From positions 32,001-96,000 of the forward strand of contig CAWBQK010000015.1 in assembly GCA_963791045.1 (NCBI GenBank): 64,000 nucleotides of DNA. Direction: 5' to 3'. Shown piece after piece: positions 10,009 to 20,706 of this stretch. A model generated the notes under the pieces. That model was not told the origin of the DNA and searched no databases. It saw only the letters and a list, made by a program, of their open reading frames with translations. A program made the position numbers and the translations under genes. The first letter of the stretch is position 1. Each line of letters begins with the position of its first letter. The stretch is from Candidatus Latescibacterota bacterium. Lineage in GTDB: Bacteria; Krumholzibacteriota; Krumholzibacteriia; WVZY01.

Positions 10009-10968
10009 TTAACGAGCGTGTCTGATGCGGGGGTCGATGAACCCATATGCACAATCCGCCAAAAGGTTGACCAGCGCAACGAGAACCGAGGATACAACCA
10101 CGATCCCCATCAGCCGTGTGTAGTCTTGTCTTAAAAGTCCCTCGTAAAAAAGTCGGCCCATTCCCGGCCAGGAAAAGATCGTCTCTACAATTATCGACCC
10201 GGTGAACAAGACCGGGAGGCTCGTCGCCACAACGGTCAACACCGGCGCCAGAGCATTCCTGAGACCGTGGCGGAGCACGACTGCAGTCGTGGACAGGCCC
10301 TTGGCCTTGGCCACCTTGACGTGATCTTCCTCGAGGGCGTCGGCCACCGCTTCCCGCGTGTAGCGGCTCCAACTCGCCGCGAATACGACGGCGAGTACCG
10401 CCGTGGGAAGCGCCAGGTGGCGGAGATGATCCACAATCGAGAACGGAGCGCCGGGCACTCCCATGCCCCCTGGAGGCACGATTCCAAGCTTCACGCTAAA
10501 GAGCATGATCGACATCAGCGCGAACCAGAAAACCGGTATCGATATGATAACCAGAGACGAAATCGTCAGGAACGAATCAAGCCTGGTGTGCCGTTTGACC
10601 GCGGACAGAACCCCCACGGATATCCCGGCGAGTAGCGCGAGAACGAACCCCGACAGCATCAACTCGAGAGTCGCCGGTACACGCCGCGCGATCATTTTTA
10701 TTACCGGCTCGCCTGTGACGTACGAGTAACCAAAATCACCATGGAGCACGACCCGTTTGAGCCAGGATAGATACTGGATCGGTAGCGGCCGGTCGAGACC
10801 GAAGTTCGCCCTGATCCTCGCGATATCGTCGGGTTTGACCTTTGGATTCTCGGCGAGAACCGTCTCTGGGCCGCCCGGGATCGCATACATCAACCCGAAA
10901 CAAACCACCGAAACGAGCAAAACGAGCGGAATTATCCCTATGAGTCTTCTCAGGACGAATCTCGACAA
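10009..10968 (-). CDS. oppB: Peptide/nickel ABC permease, OppB/DppB type (locus 1)
   Basis: FGLDRPLPIQY, AKAKGLS..VVLRHGLRNAL, VETIFSWPGMG. TTG start after AAGGGG. Confidence 0.92.
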   Translation of the reverse strand: MSRFVLRRLIGIIPLVLLVSVVCFGLMYAIPGGPETVLAENPKVKPDDIARIRANFGLDRPLPIQYLSWLKRVVLHGDFGYSYVTGEPVIKMIARRVPATLELMLSGFVLALLAGISVGVLSAVKRHTRLDSFLTISSLVIISIPVFWFALMSIMLFSVKLGIVPPGGMGVPGAPFSIVDHLRHLALPTAVLAVVFAASWSRYTREAVADALEEDHVKVAKAKGLSTTAVVLRHGLRNALAPVLTVVATSLPVLFTGSIIVETIFSWPGMGRLFYEGLLRQDYTRLMGIVVVSSVLVALVNLLADCAYGFIDPRIRHAR

Positions 10969-11052
10969 ATGTAACCCCTTATTATCCAGCATGTTATACA
11001 TACACCCATAAGGGCGCAAGAACCACCGGAGTCAATGCGAGATTCGTACCAG

Positions 11053-11077
11053 AAAAACCCCCGCCAGAGGCGGGGGT
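11053..11077 (-). terminator. Intrinsic terminator between oppA and oppB
   Basis: Minus strand ACCCCCGCC-TCT-GGCGGGGG-TTTTT. Confidence 0.75.
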
Positions 11078-11112
11078 CAATCGGAGTCCAGGCTTTTTAA
11101 GCGATGCCGCGA

Positions 11113-12834
11113 TCAGTCAAGAACGTACCACTGGCTGGCATTCCATGTATCGGCGGATTGGGTGGGGTTCGGTTTGTAATTTTTGAGCCGCTTAGAACTC
11201 ACATCGACGGCCGTGTACCAGAAGAGCGGAATGACCGGCGCCTCGTCCACGAGGATGTCGGACACGTCGTGATAAATCTCGATTCTGCGTTCTTCATCGA
11301 TTTCATTGGCCCCCGCATCGAGAAGCTCCGTCAACCGCTTGTGTTTGATCCGCGGGTTGTTCTGACCCTCGGGCGGAATGTTGTGTGCCGCGTAGAGATC
11401 GCGCTTTGTCGCCGGTTCCGGTGACGACAACCATGCGTACAAAGCGAGATCGAAGTTGCCGCGTTTCAAAATCCCGTTCTCTTCGTACGAGCCGTACATG
11501 AGCGATGAACTGTAATTCTTGATCCGCAAATCGACGCCGATTTCCTTGAACTGCTCTCTCAACACCAGCTCGGTCTTCTCGCGGTTCAAACGGCCCGCCG
11601 TCGTCGAAATGTTGAGCGTAAGTTTCTTCCCGTCCTTTTCGAGAATCCCGTCGCCGTTTTTGACGACCCAGCCCGCATCGCGGAGCAGGCGTCTTGCCTT
11701 CACCGGGTCGTAACGAACGTTCTCGGCGGCTCTTCGGTTGTAGTATTTCGATGAGGGATATTCGTCGAGCGGCGCCGGCGCGACCAGCCCCTCGTAGACA
11801 ACCTCGCTGATCGCCTCGCGGTCCGTTGCGAGGCTCAGCGCCTGGCGAACACGCTTGTCGCTTAGAATTTCATTCTCCGTGTTCAGATCGATGTGCTCGT
11901 ACATCATCGTCGGCGTCAGACGGACATCGACCCCGGGGAGTGCTTTCAACTGATCGAGAAAACTGATATCGGCGTTGTCGTAAATATCGATTTCCCCGGT
12001 CTTGAGCTGGACGAGCAGAGCGTTCTCGTCGGGAATGAACTTGAAGACGATGTCGTCGAGATAGGGTCCGTCACCATAAAAGCGGTCGTTTCTCTCTAGA
12101 ATAAGATATGAGCCCGACTTCCATTCCTTGAATTTGAATGGACCGGAGCCAACCGGTGCGCGATGGTAGTCGGTCTGATGAAAGTACTCGCCGACTTCGT
12201 TCTCCAGCAGATGCTTGGGCAAAACCGACTCATCAAAGAAAATCTCCGATACGAAATCAGGGAACGGCCGATGCAGGAAAAATATGACCGTGTGCGGGTC
12301 GGGAGTCTCAACCGATTCGATGGTGTCCCACCCTTCCCTCGACTCGACGTTCACTCGCGGATCCATGATCACTTCGTAGGTGAATTTGACATCGGCGCTC
12401 GTCAGGGGAACGCCGTCGTGCCACGAAGCGTTCTTCCTGATCTTGTATGTGTATGACAGGTGATCCTTCGAAATCCCCCCGTTTGCCACAGTGGGAATCG
12501 TTTCGATCAAATCGGGGATCAAATGAAGCTCGTCGTCATATTTGACGAACTTGCTGAATATCAAGTTGCAGACGAGGTTGTTGACGGCGGTGGCATTGAG
12601 GATCTCGCTGAGACGTTCGGGTTCGTGCTGAACCCCGATCGTCACCCTGCCACCCATCCGAGGGCCGGTCAAAACGGCGGATTCTTTTGATGCTACCTGG
12701 TCCACTGACGATCTCCCGTTGGCCGATGTGTCCGGTTCGGGCCCGCAGCCCAATATCCAAAACACGCAAAACACAACTGCGCCATTGCGCAGCCCAAGAC
12801 CATTGTTTCTCAAACGGCGTCGTAATGCTGTCAT
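11113..12834 (-). CDS. oppA: Peptide ABC substrate-binding lipoprotein, family 5 (locus 1)
   Basis: Lipobox ILGC; WHDGVPLTSADVKFT, PVGSGPFKFKEW, DKRVRQAL. Confidence 0.92.
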   Translation of the reverse strand: MTALRRRLRNNGLGLRNGAVVFCVFWILGCGPEPDTSANGRSSVDQVASKESAVLTGPRMGGRVTIGVQHEPERLSEILNATAVNNLVCNLIFSKFVKYDDELHLIPDLIETIPTVANGGISKDHLSYTYKIRKNASWHDGVPLTSADVKFTYEVIMDPRVNVESREGWDTIESVETPDPHTVIFFLHRPFPDFVSEIFFDESVLPKHLLENEVGEYFHQTDYHRAPVGSGPFKFKEWKSGSYLILERNDRFYGDGPYLDDIVFKFIPDENALLVQLKTGEIDIYDNADISFLDQLKALPGVDVRLTPTMMYEHIDLNTENEILSDKRVRQALSLATDREAISEVVYEGLVAPAPLDEYPSSKYYNRRAAENVRYDPVKARRLLRDAGWVVKNGDGILEKDGKKLTLNISTTAGRLNREKTELVLREQFKEIGVDLRIKNYSSSLMYGSYEENGILKRGNFDLALYAWLSSPEPATKRDLYAAHNIPPEGQNNPRIKHKRLTELLDAGANEIDEERRIEIYHDVSDILVDEAPVIPLFWYTAVDVSSKRLKNYKPNPTQSADTWNASQWYVLD

Positions 12835-12907
12835 GTGGACCGATTCCTCCAAATACCATCAATGAGCAAAAAGCCGTCCAGAAAAGGGCTTTTGAGGCTG
12901 AGGAAAC

Positions 12908-12938
12908 AAAAGAAGGCGCCCGAATACGGACGCCTCAT
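12908..12938 (-). terminator. Terminator after trxA-DUF302
   Basis: Minus strand AGGCGTCCG-TATT-CGGGCGCCT-TCTTTT. Confidence 0.6.
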
Positions 12939-12973
12939 TCGATCTGTCTTTTTTTTCGAGAACAACACAGAGT

Positions 12974-13357
12974 CTAAATCGCCTCCATGGCTCTCTGTAG
13001 TTTCTCGTTGACCCCGTTCGCTACTTCGGCGAGCGAGTCATTTCCGGTCGCCGTAGCCATCATCGACGCGTCAATCACGCCGATCGTGCAGCCACCGTCG
13101 TCGTTTTCGTACACGATAACATTGCACGGCATCAAAAGACCGATGTCGATTTCGGCGGATAGTGCTTTATGCGCGAATGGAGGATTGCACGCGCCAAGTA
13201 TTACGTACCGTCTGAAATCCACGTCGAGTTTCGTTTTGAACGTCTGCTTGACATCGATCTCAGTCAAAACACCGAATCCTTCGGCCTGCAGCGCCTCGCG
13301 GGTCCGCTCGACAACATCGTCATATGCCGCATCGACTTTTCTTGTAAAACCGTACAT
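12974..13357 (-). CDS. DUF302 domain protein
   Basis: GFGVLTEIDV...YVILGACNP...IGLLMPCNVIVYE. Start re-called to MYGF after GGAG. Confidence 0.9.
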   Translation of the reverse strand: MYGFTRKVDAAYDDVVERTREALQAEGFGVLTEIDVKQTFKTKLDVDFRRYVILGACNPPFAHKALSAEIDIGLLMPCNVIVYENDDGGCTIGVIDASMMATATGNDSLAEVANGVNEKLQRAMEAI

Positions 13358-13397
13358 TGACTCTCCGTGCATCCCGGGGCTCGTCACCAGCCCTGGA

Positions 13398-13721
13398 TTA
13401 GAGTACCGAGTCGATCTTTTCGGTGATGGACTTTTTGGGCTGGGCGCCGACGATTCTCTCTTTAACCTCTCCACCCTTGAATACCATAATCGTTGGAATA
13501 CTCATGATTCCGTATTTCGCGGCAACCTCGCGGTTGTCATCGGTGTTGAGCTTTCCGACCTTGACGCGGCCATCATACTCGCCCGCGATTTCCTCAACAA
13601 CCGGATCCACGATTTTACAGGGTCCGCACCATGGCGCCCAGAAATCGACGAGAACGGGGATATCGGATTTGATGACTTCTGCGTCGAAATTAGCGTCGGT
13701 GAATTCCATTTTCTTTGACAC
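13398..13721 (-). CDS. trxA: Thioredoxin
   Basis: VDFWAPWCGPC, 107 aa, SIPT. Confidence 0.97.
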   Translation of the reverse strand: MSKKMEFTDANFDAEVIKSDIPVLVDFWAPWCGPCKIVDPVVEEIAGEYDGRVKVGKLNTDDNREVAAKYGIMSIPTIMVFKGGEVKERIVGAQPKKSITEKIDSVL

Positions 13722-13878
13722 TTTATGCCTCCTGTTACGACCTCAAACATGATATAGAGTGAAATTTCCTCTCAAAAATACCGAATTCGGGAGCTATTGC
13801 AAGCAATTTGTTGGGTTTCCAGCTGCCCCGTCATCGCCTATACTTTGTATGGGTGGTTCAGCCCCAAAGGAGGGGATC

Positions 13879-14343
13879 ATGGTTGCTTTCAAAGAACTCG
13901 TCGTTCCCACCGATTTCTCCGAGCATTCGCTTCGAGCGGTTGACTATGGAGTCGAGATCGGCGAGCGGTTTTCGTCGCACCTCACCCTCGTATACGTTAT
14001 CGAGCCGCTTCTCCAGGCGGCCGATCTGACGTGGACGACAGTTGATTTCGAGGAACTCAACAAGGCCCACAAACAAACAGCCGAAAAGCAGCTTGCCCAG
14101 ATCGTCGCCGAACGGGTCCCAAAAGACCTCGTATGCGACACGGCAATACTCTACGGCAAACCGTTCGTCGAAATCCTGAAGTTTGCCAAGAACGAGAACG
14201 CCGACCTGATTGTCATGGCGACCCACGGGAGGGGCGCGATATCGCATCTTCTCATGGGAAGCACCGCCGAGAAAGTCGTCCGCAAAGCACCCTGCCCGGT
14301 GTTGACGGTCAAACATCCCAAGCATCTCTTCGCCATGCCGTAG
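13879..14343 (+). CDS. Universal stress protein (UspA family)
   Basis: VPTDFS...DLIVMATHGR...LMGSTAEKVVRKAPCPVLTV. AAGGAGG SD; possible TTTCCA-17-TATACT promoter at 13816-13844. Confidence 0.95.
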   Translation: MVAFKELVVPTDFSEHSLRAVDYGVEIGERFSSHLTLVYVIEPLLQAADLTWTTVDFEELNKAHKQTAEKQLAQIVAERVPKDLVCDTAILYGKPFVEILKFAKNENADLIVMATHGRGAISHLLMGSTAEKVVRKAPCPVLTVKHPKHLFAMP

Positions 14344-14346
14344 CGT

Positions 14347-17300
14347 CTATACGTCGGATGTGGGAGCGACCGCGGCGCGCGGTTGTTTCGAGCGGGACCA
14401 GATCCTGCGGACCCAGGCGGCGGAACGTTCACCGATCACATAGTAGGTTGGCAGCGCGATCAGGGTGAGGAATGTTCCGACGGCGAGACCGCCGATCACC
14501 GCACGCGCCAGAGGATAGTACTGTGTGCCGGCGACATTGGTCTGACCAACGGCCATCGGCATCAACCCAAGAATCGTTGTGCACGCCGTCATCACGATCG
14601 GCCTGAACCTCTCGCGCCCCCCTTCGAATATCGCTTCGTAGATCGTCCGGCCGTCACGCCGGAAATTGTTCACGTGATCGATCAACACGATTCCATTGTT
14701 GACGACGATTCCAATTAGAATAACCCCACCGATAAACACCATCAGATTAATATCGGTGCCCGTAATGAGAAGCGCCGCGATTACTCCAATCAAAGAGAAC
14801 GGCAGACAGAGCATGATGATCAGCGGATGCAGCAACGACTCGAAAAGCGCAGCCATCACGAGATAAACACACACCAGCGCGAGCAGAATATTGAGGAGCA
14901 TGTCGACCTGCTGTTCCTGCTGTTCGCGGATCTCGTCGCTAAAAGACCACGAGTAGCCGAGCGGAAGCTGAATCGTACTCATGACGCTGGAGACAGTCCC
15001 GATCATATCTTTGGCTTCACCGCTCTCATAAGTACCCTCGACCGACACGGCTGCTTTCTGATGCTGACGCCGGATTGTCGTCGGCCCGCGCGTCATACTC
15101 AGATCGGCGACCGTTCCCAACGTGATTTCTTTTTCTTCGTTCATTCCGACGAGCAGGTTCTCAAGATTGTGCATTCCGACCCTGTCCTCGGGGCTCAACG
15201 AAATGCTCATCGGAACCTCGCGCTCTTCCGTTTGAAAGCGGCGAAGCGGCATGCCGCGAAACGTGAGGTTCATAATACCGCTGACCGACTGCGGCGACAG
15301 GTTGTACTGTTGCGCGAGATCCCGGTTGAGCGAAATCTTGATTTCTTCGCGACCCATCTCGATACTCGTCCGCACATCCTCGAGCTTGCCAAGCAACGTG
15401 AACCGCCGTTTGACTACCTCGGCGTACTCGCTGAGCAGGTCCATATCCTCGCCGAAAAGCGTCACTTTCACCCTCTTGACACCTCCGGCGCCGCCGCCCT
15501 GTTCGTCTCCGAAACGCAGCGTCACGCCGGCGAGTTCGGGCAACACTTCTCTCAAGTTTTTCCGGATTTCCTTGAGCCGGTTCGGGCTGAGATATTTGTC
15601 ATCGAAATAGAGCGTCGTCCCCGCTTGGTTGTCCATGTAGTAACTGTAAACTTTTTCTATCCTCAGCTCTTCTTTCTTCTCAAAGAGAACCGATTCGATC
15701 TGGTCGACATACTTCTCTGTCTGGTCGTATGTAAAGTTGTCCGAGAAATCGTACGAAATGTAGAGGTTCTCAATCAGCTCCCCTTCTTCCATGCTGACCT
15801 CGAGTTTGAGCATCTTTGCCGCCATGATGCTCACAACGAGAAGAAGCGGAATGATCACGAGTCCCGTAACGAAAGGTTTCTTGACCGTGGTCCATTTGAG
15901 GATTCTCACATACCGATCCTGAACCCGGAGGAGTATCGCCGACTCCTTCATCTCCTTGGGCTTGAGAAGTCTCGATGTAAGAAACGGAATCATTGTCAGC
16001 GAGATCACCCACGAGAATATCAAAGCGACCGAGATCGTGACGCCAACGTGGGCGAGGAACATCATCAGTCCGTCAGAATCCTTTGTAAAAATCACGGGCG
16101 CAAACACGATAACCGACGTGAGGGTCGCCGCCGTAACCGCCGTGGCAACCTCTCTCGACCCTACGATCGATGCCCTGACGGGGTCCTCGCCGACGGACTG
16201 ATGACGGAATATGGACTCGAGCACAACGATCGCGTTGTCCACAAGCATTCCAACCCCAAGCATCAACCCCATCATTGTCAAAATATTGAGAGAACGTCCC
16301 GTGAAATACAAGAAACCACACGTACAAAGAATCGCGAATGGAATCGATACGGCGATAATCAGGGTCGTCGATATTCTCCGCAGAAAGAAATAGAGAACAA
16401 TGACGGCAAACAACGCCCCGATGATCCCGGCCATGCGGAGGCTGTTTATGCTGTTGAGGATCTGCTCGGACTGGTTCCAGAAAAGGAGGACATTGACCCC
16501 TTCAAGCCTCGGATCCTTGTTCACCTTATCGAGCTGCTTCTTGACCTTTTTGCCGAGTTCGACCGAATTCGCCCCGGACGCTTTCTGTACCCAGAATGCT
16601 ATACAGGGCTCGCCATTGAGATGACGCCCATAAGTGATAAGCGGCTCGCCATAATATATAAAGGCAATGTCCTTCAGCCGCAGTCCGGTGTCATTGATGA
16701 CCAGGTTTTCAACCTGCTCGAACTCGGAAAAACTGCCGACACCGCGAACGCTGTATCTCAATCCCTCGCTCGTAACCTCGCCGAGGGACGCGGTCAGATT
16801 CATCGTCTGAATCCTCCGGAACAGCGCGTCGACATCAATACGGTGAGCCTTGAGCTTGTCCATCTCGAGATAGATCATCACTTCTTCGGGCTCGATTCCA
16901 TCAATCCCCACGCGCCCGACCCCGTCGATTCTCTTGAGCGGGTTGATTATCGTCTTCTCGAGAAGATCGTAACTCCCCATTAGATCCCGGCCCTTGGCCG
17001 AGATCCGCCCCACCATGATCGGCTGATCGTTCGAATTGAAGGTAAACAACTGAATGCGCTCTATATCCTCGGGCAGCTCGCTCCGAATCTGGTCTACCTT
17101 TTCTTTGACCTCCATCCGCAGTACGTTGACATCGCGGCCCCAGTCAAACACGACGCCGACAAAGGCGCCGTCGGAGGATGACTCGGAAAAGAGCTGTTTC
17201 ACGTCACCCAGTGTGCTCAACACCTCCTCGAGCGGCTTGGCTATCTGCCGTTCCACCTGCGACGGCAGCGCATTGGGGTACGTGACGAAAATCCCGATAA

Positions 17301-17433
17301 AGGGGAAATCCATTTCGGGAAAGAATTCGACGGGGAGTTTGTACACCGAGATGGTACCGAGCAAGAGAAGCGTGACGAGCCCGATCGTCACTATCACCGG
17401 CTTGTTGACTGCCATCTCGTAAAGGTGCTTCAT
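14347..17433 (-). CDS. RND efflux permease subunit 2 (AcrB/MdtC-like)
   Basis: 1028 aa; GMLVDNAIVVLE, GIVVNNGIVLID, RFRPIVMT. Confidence 0.95.
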   Translation of the reverse strand: MKHLYEMAVNKPVIVTIGLVTLLLLGTISVYKLPVEFFPEMDFPFIGIFVTYPNALPSQVERQIAKPLEEVLSTLGDVKQLFSESSSDGAFVGVVFDWGRDVNVLRMEVKEKVDQIRSELPEDIERIQLFTFNSNDQPIMVGRISAKGRDLMGSYDLLEKTIINPLKRIDGVGRVGIDGIEPEEVMIYLEMDKLKAHRIDVDALFRRIQTMNLTASLGEVTSEGLRYSVRGVGSFSEFEQVENLVINDTGLRLKDIAFIYYGEPLITYGRHLNGEPCIAFWVQKASGANSVELGKKVKKQLDKVNKDPRLEGVNVLLFWNQSEQILNSINSLRMAGIIGALFAVIVLYFFLRRISTTLIIAVSIPFAILCTCGFLYFTGRSLNILTMMGLMLGVGMLVDNAIVVLESIFRHQSVGEDPVRASIVGSREVATAVTAATLTSVIVFAPVIFTKDSDGLMMFLAHVGVTISVALIFSWVISLTMIPFLTSRLLKPKEMKESAILLRVQDRYVRILKWTTVKKPFVTGLVIIPLLLVVSIMAAKMLKLEVSMEEGELIENLYISYDFSDNFTYDQTEKYVDQIESVLFEKKEELRIEKVYSYYMDNQAGTTLYFDDKYLSPNRLKEIRKNLREVLPELAGVTLRFGDEQGGGAGGVKRVKVTLFGEDMDLLSEYAEVVKRRFTLLGKLEDVRTSIEMGREEIKISLNRDLAQQYNLSPQSVSGIMNLTFRGMPLRRFQTEEREVPMSISLSPEDRVGMHNLENLLVGMNEEKEITLGTVADLSMTRGPTTIRRQHQKAAVSVEGTYESGEAKDMIGTVSSVMSTIQLPLGYSWSFSDEIREQQEQQVDMLLNILLALVCVYLVMAALFESLLHPLIIMLCLPFSLIGVIAALLITGTDINLMVFIGGVILIGIVVNNGIVLIDHVNNFRRDGRTIYEAIFEGGRERFRPIVMTACTTILGLMPMAVGQTNVAGTQYYPLARAVIGGLAVGTFLTLIALPTYYVIGERSAAWVRRIWSRSKQPRAAVAPTSDV

Positions 17434-17462
17434 GATTTCCTCTTGAAAATCAGCGATTCGAT

Positions 17463-20400
17463 TTACTCGCCCCTGTCGACAATAGAGTAAAGCGCGGGGA
17501 TCACCAGGAGCGTCAGGAATGTCGCCCCGAGCAACCCGCCGATGACCGTGAGCGCCATTGGCGCGCGTATCTCCGCTCCCTCACCCAAACCCAGAGCCAT
17601 CGGCAGGAGCCCGAGAACCGTCGTCAACGTCGTCATGACAATCGGTCGCAGCCTGATGTGCCCCGCCTCGCGGATCGCTTTCATTTTTTCCATTCCGCTA
17701 CGGCGGAGTTGGTTGATGTAGTCGATGAGAACAATCGCGTTGTTGACAACGATGCCCGAGAGCATGATGACCCCGATAAAGACGACGACACTCACCGACT
17801 GCCCCGTCACGAGGAGCGTCCAGATCACGCCAATCGCTCCCAGGGGGACTGTGAAAAGGATAATAAACGGATGGATGAACGATTCGAATTGGGCGGCCAT
17901 CACCAGATAAACAAGGAATACCGCCAACAGCAGCGCAAAGACAAGGCTGCGGTACGAGCGATTGAGCTCTTCGTTCTGGCCGCCGACCTCCACCGTAATG
18001 TCTCCCGGCAGCGCCGTTTGGGCGATGAGGTGCTCGATGTCCTTCGACACCGAGGCGAGATCGCGGCCGGAGAGGTTACCCGAAACAACCGCGGCACGTT
18101 GCTGAGAAATCCGTGTGATCTGGCTGAGCCCGCGTGCGACATCGACATCGGCGACCGTGCTGAGCGCGATGGGCGTTCCTCCGGATTCACCGACAACGAG
18201 CGAATTGAGTTCGCCAACATTTTCAGCCTGCCACGCGGAAGTCCTTACGCGGATATCCACCTGGATCTCGCGTTCTTTGAATTTGGTGGGCACTTCGCCC
18301 TGGATTTTCGTCTTGAGATTATTGGACACTTCATCGAGAGAGAGTCCGTATGCGGACAAGCGGTCCCGATCAAAAACGACGTTGATCTCGGGGTTGCCGA
18401 TCTCCATCGATGACTTGACATCTTTTACGCCTGGAATCGCGGTGAGACCGGCCTCGAATTGATCGGCCATCCGCCGGAGCCTTTCGAGATTGTAGCCGTA
18501 GACTTCGACGGCCACCGGTGTCTGAAGCGTAAAGTACATCGGTCGGGCAAAATTGAACGTCATCCCTTCGATCCGCGCGAACCGATTTCGCAGCTCGGCA
18601 ATGATCTCCTCTTCCCTGTGCTTGTTTCCCTTCTCTTCGAGAACAACATTTAGTTGTCCGATATTCTTGTCCTTGCTCTTGGCGTTGCTTCCCATCCGGC
18701 TCGCCTGACCCACCGTTGTAAAATACCGCTCCACACCATCGGTCTTCGCGATGATCCTCTCCATATCCTCGATACGCCGGTCGGTCGACTCAAGAGAACT
18801 TCCCTCTGGTAGCTGGATACTGAAGCTGAATTCGCCCTGAGCGAATTGTGGAATCAGTTCCGCGCCGATAAAACCCGCCGCCCAGACACTGACGCCAAAG
18901 AGAACGAGAGCGAACGCGAGAAACGCGGCGCGTTTCTTTAGAACCCAATCCAGAGCGGGAGCATAGGCACGCTCCACAGCCTCAAAGCTTTTGCTGAAAC
19001 CGCCAAGGAAAGGCCTCAAGAAAAACATGAGCCCCGTGCGTATCCAGCCCGAGACCCGGCGAATCACACGGAGGAAAAATACGGGAATGGTTTCGGTCAA
19101 AACATTCCACACGGCGATCACGATTCGAATTGGTTTGCGTCTAATTTTCTGCACCGTGTCGGTCTCGCCAAATATGGCTTTGTCGTCCCGGCCGCGGCGT
19201 CCCTGGAGGGACGAGATCATCGGTATGAGCATCAACGCTACGATGAGCGATGCAAGAAGTGATATCGACACGGTAAGCGCCTGGTCGCGAAAAACCTGTC
19301 CGGCGATGCCTTCGACAAAAACGATGGGGAGAAAAACAGCAACACTGGTAAGTGTCGAAGCGATAACGGCGCGGCCGACACCGCTCGCCCCCTTGTAGGT
19401 CGCTTCTTTTCTATCCAGCCCCTTCTCCTTGTACCTCGAGATGTTCTCAAGCACAACGATAGAGTTGTCGACGAGCATCCCCACACCCAGGGCAAGACCT
19501 CCCAGAGACATCAAGTTGAGCGACACATCGAGTTGACGCATCATGACGAATGTCGCGAGGATCGATATTGGAATCGAGAGACCGATAATCATCGTGCTGC
19601 GAAGGTCCCTCAAAAAGAGATAAAGGACGATGACGGCGAGGAGGGCGCCGAGAATAGCATTCGAAAGAACCTCGTTGATCGATGTCTTGATGAACCGCGA
19701 CTGATCGAAAAGCACTTCCATTTCGACATTTTCCGGGAGATGCTTTGCAAGTCCGTCTACCCGTTCGCGAATCCTCTTGGCCACTTCGACGGTATTGGCG
19801 TCGCCTTCCTTGTGAATGGCGATCTCCACGGCTTCCTTGCCGTTTATACGCGTGATCATCTCGCGCTCGCGGTAGCCTCTCCAAATATTTCCAAGATCGG
19901 AAAGCACGATATTGCGACCGTCGACCTGAGAGACGATCGTGTTGCGGATCTCGTCCATGTTCTGAAATTCGTTCTCAGTGCGGAGCAAGAACTCCGATCC
20001 GCTGTCACGAAGCCGTCCGCCGGACTGGTTTATGTTGTCCTGGAGAAGCCGGTTGCTCACAACCGATATGGGAATGCCATAAGAGGCGAGTTTGCGTTCG
20101 TCGAGCTCGATCTGGATTTCTTCTTCGAGCCCTCCGAGCACTTTTGCGCTGGCGATGCCGTCGAGCGACTCGAGCTCTTTTTTAACCGTCCGATCGGCAA
20201 TATAGCGGAGTCGGACGAGATTCTCATCGCCGAATATGCCGAGGCGGATGACGGGATCGAGTGCGGGGTCGTACCTGAGAATCACCGGTTGCCGGCATTC
20301 GCGCGGCAACTCGATGAGATCTATTTTTTCACGGACGTCGAGCGCCGCATAATCCATCGCCGTATCCCACGTGAACTCGAGCGTGATCTCCGACATTCCC

Positions 20401-20657
20401 GGCTTGGAAACCGAGCTTATCCGTCGAAGTCCGGGAACGACGCCCACGGCTTCCTCGAGCGGCCGCGACACGAAGTTTTCCACTTCGAGCGGCGCCGCGT
20501 CGGGATACTCGGTCTGGACCGTCAACGTGGGATATGAGATTTCGGGCAGGAGCCGGACATCGAGCCGGCCCAAAGAAACAAAGCCGAACACTACCGCCGC
20601 GATAAAGATCATGGCGATGGTAACCGGCCGCGTAACAGAAAATCGAATTATATTCAC
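17463..20657 (-). CDS. RND efflux permease subunit 1 (AcrB/MdtB-like)
   Basis: 1064 aa; GMLVDNSIVVLE, GIVVNNAIVLID, RLRPIVMT. Confidence 0.95.
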   Translation of the reverse strand: MNIIRFSVTRPVTIAMIFIAAVVFGFVSLGRLDVRLLPEISYPTLTVQTEYPDAAPLEVENFVSRPLEEAVGVVPGLRRISSVSKPGMSEITLEFTWDTAMDYAALDVREKIDLIELPRECRQPVILRYDPALDPVIRLGIFGDENLVRLRYIADRTVKKELESLDGIASAKVLGGLEEEIQIELDERKLASYGIPISVVSNRLLQDNINQSGGRLRDSGSEFLLRTENEFQNMDEIRNTIVSQVDGRNIVLSDLGNIWRGYREREMITRINGKEAVEIAIHKEGDANTVEVAKRIRERVDGLAKHLPENVEMEVLFDQSRFIKTSINEVLSNAILGALLAVIVLYLFLRDLRSTMIIGLSIPISILATFVMMRQLDVSLNLMSLGGLALGVGMLVDNSIVVLENISRYKEKGLDRKEATYKGASGVGRAVIASTLTSVAVFLPIVFVEGIAGQVFRDQALTVSISLLASLIVALMLIPMISSLQGRRGRDDKAIFGETDTVQKIRRKPIRIVIAVWNVLTETIPVFFLRVIRRVSGWIRTGLMFFLRPFLGGFSKSFEAVERAYAPALDWVLKKRAAFLAFALVLFGVSVWAAGFIGAELIPQFAQGEFSFSIQLPEGSSLESTDRRIEDMERIIAKTDGVERYFTTVGQASRMGSNAKSKDKNIGQLNVVLEEKGNKHREEEIIAELRNRFARIEGMTFNFARPMYFTLQTPVAVEVYGYNLERLRRMADQFEAGLTAIPGVKDVKSSMEIGNPEINVVFDRDRLSAYGLSLDEVSNNLKTKIQGEVPTKFKEREIQVDIRVRTSAWQAENVGELNSLVVGESGGTPIALSTVADVDVARGLSQITRISQQRAAVVSGNLSGRDLASVSKDIEHLIAQTALPGDITVEVGGQNEELNRSYRSLVFALLLAVFLVYLVMAAQFESFIHPFIILFTVPLGAIGVIWTLLVTGQSVSVVVFIGVIMLSGIVVNNAIVLIDYINQLRRSGMEKMKAIREAGHIRLRPIVMTTLTTVLGLLPMALGLGEGAEIRAPMALTVIGGLLGATFLTLLVIPALYSIVDRGE

Positions 20658-20706
20658 TGGATGTCCCCTGCACCGTCACACCGTGCCGCGACACAAGGAC
20701 GGCAGA

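Noticed and set aside
14827-16983. 718-aa plus-strand ORF, and similar long ORFs at 1416-2654, 5189-6184, 26836-28146, 40189-41448 and 58287-59276
   Set aside because: Antisense shadows of well-supported minus-strand genes in GC-rich DNA; no recognisable motifs.
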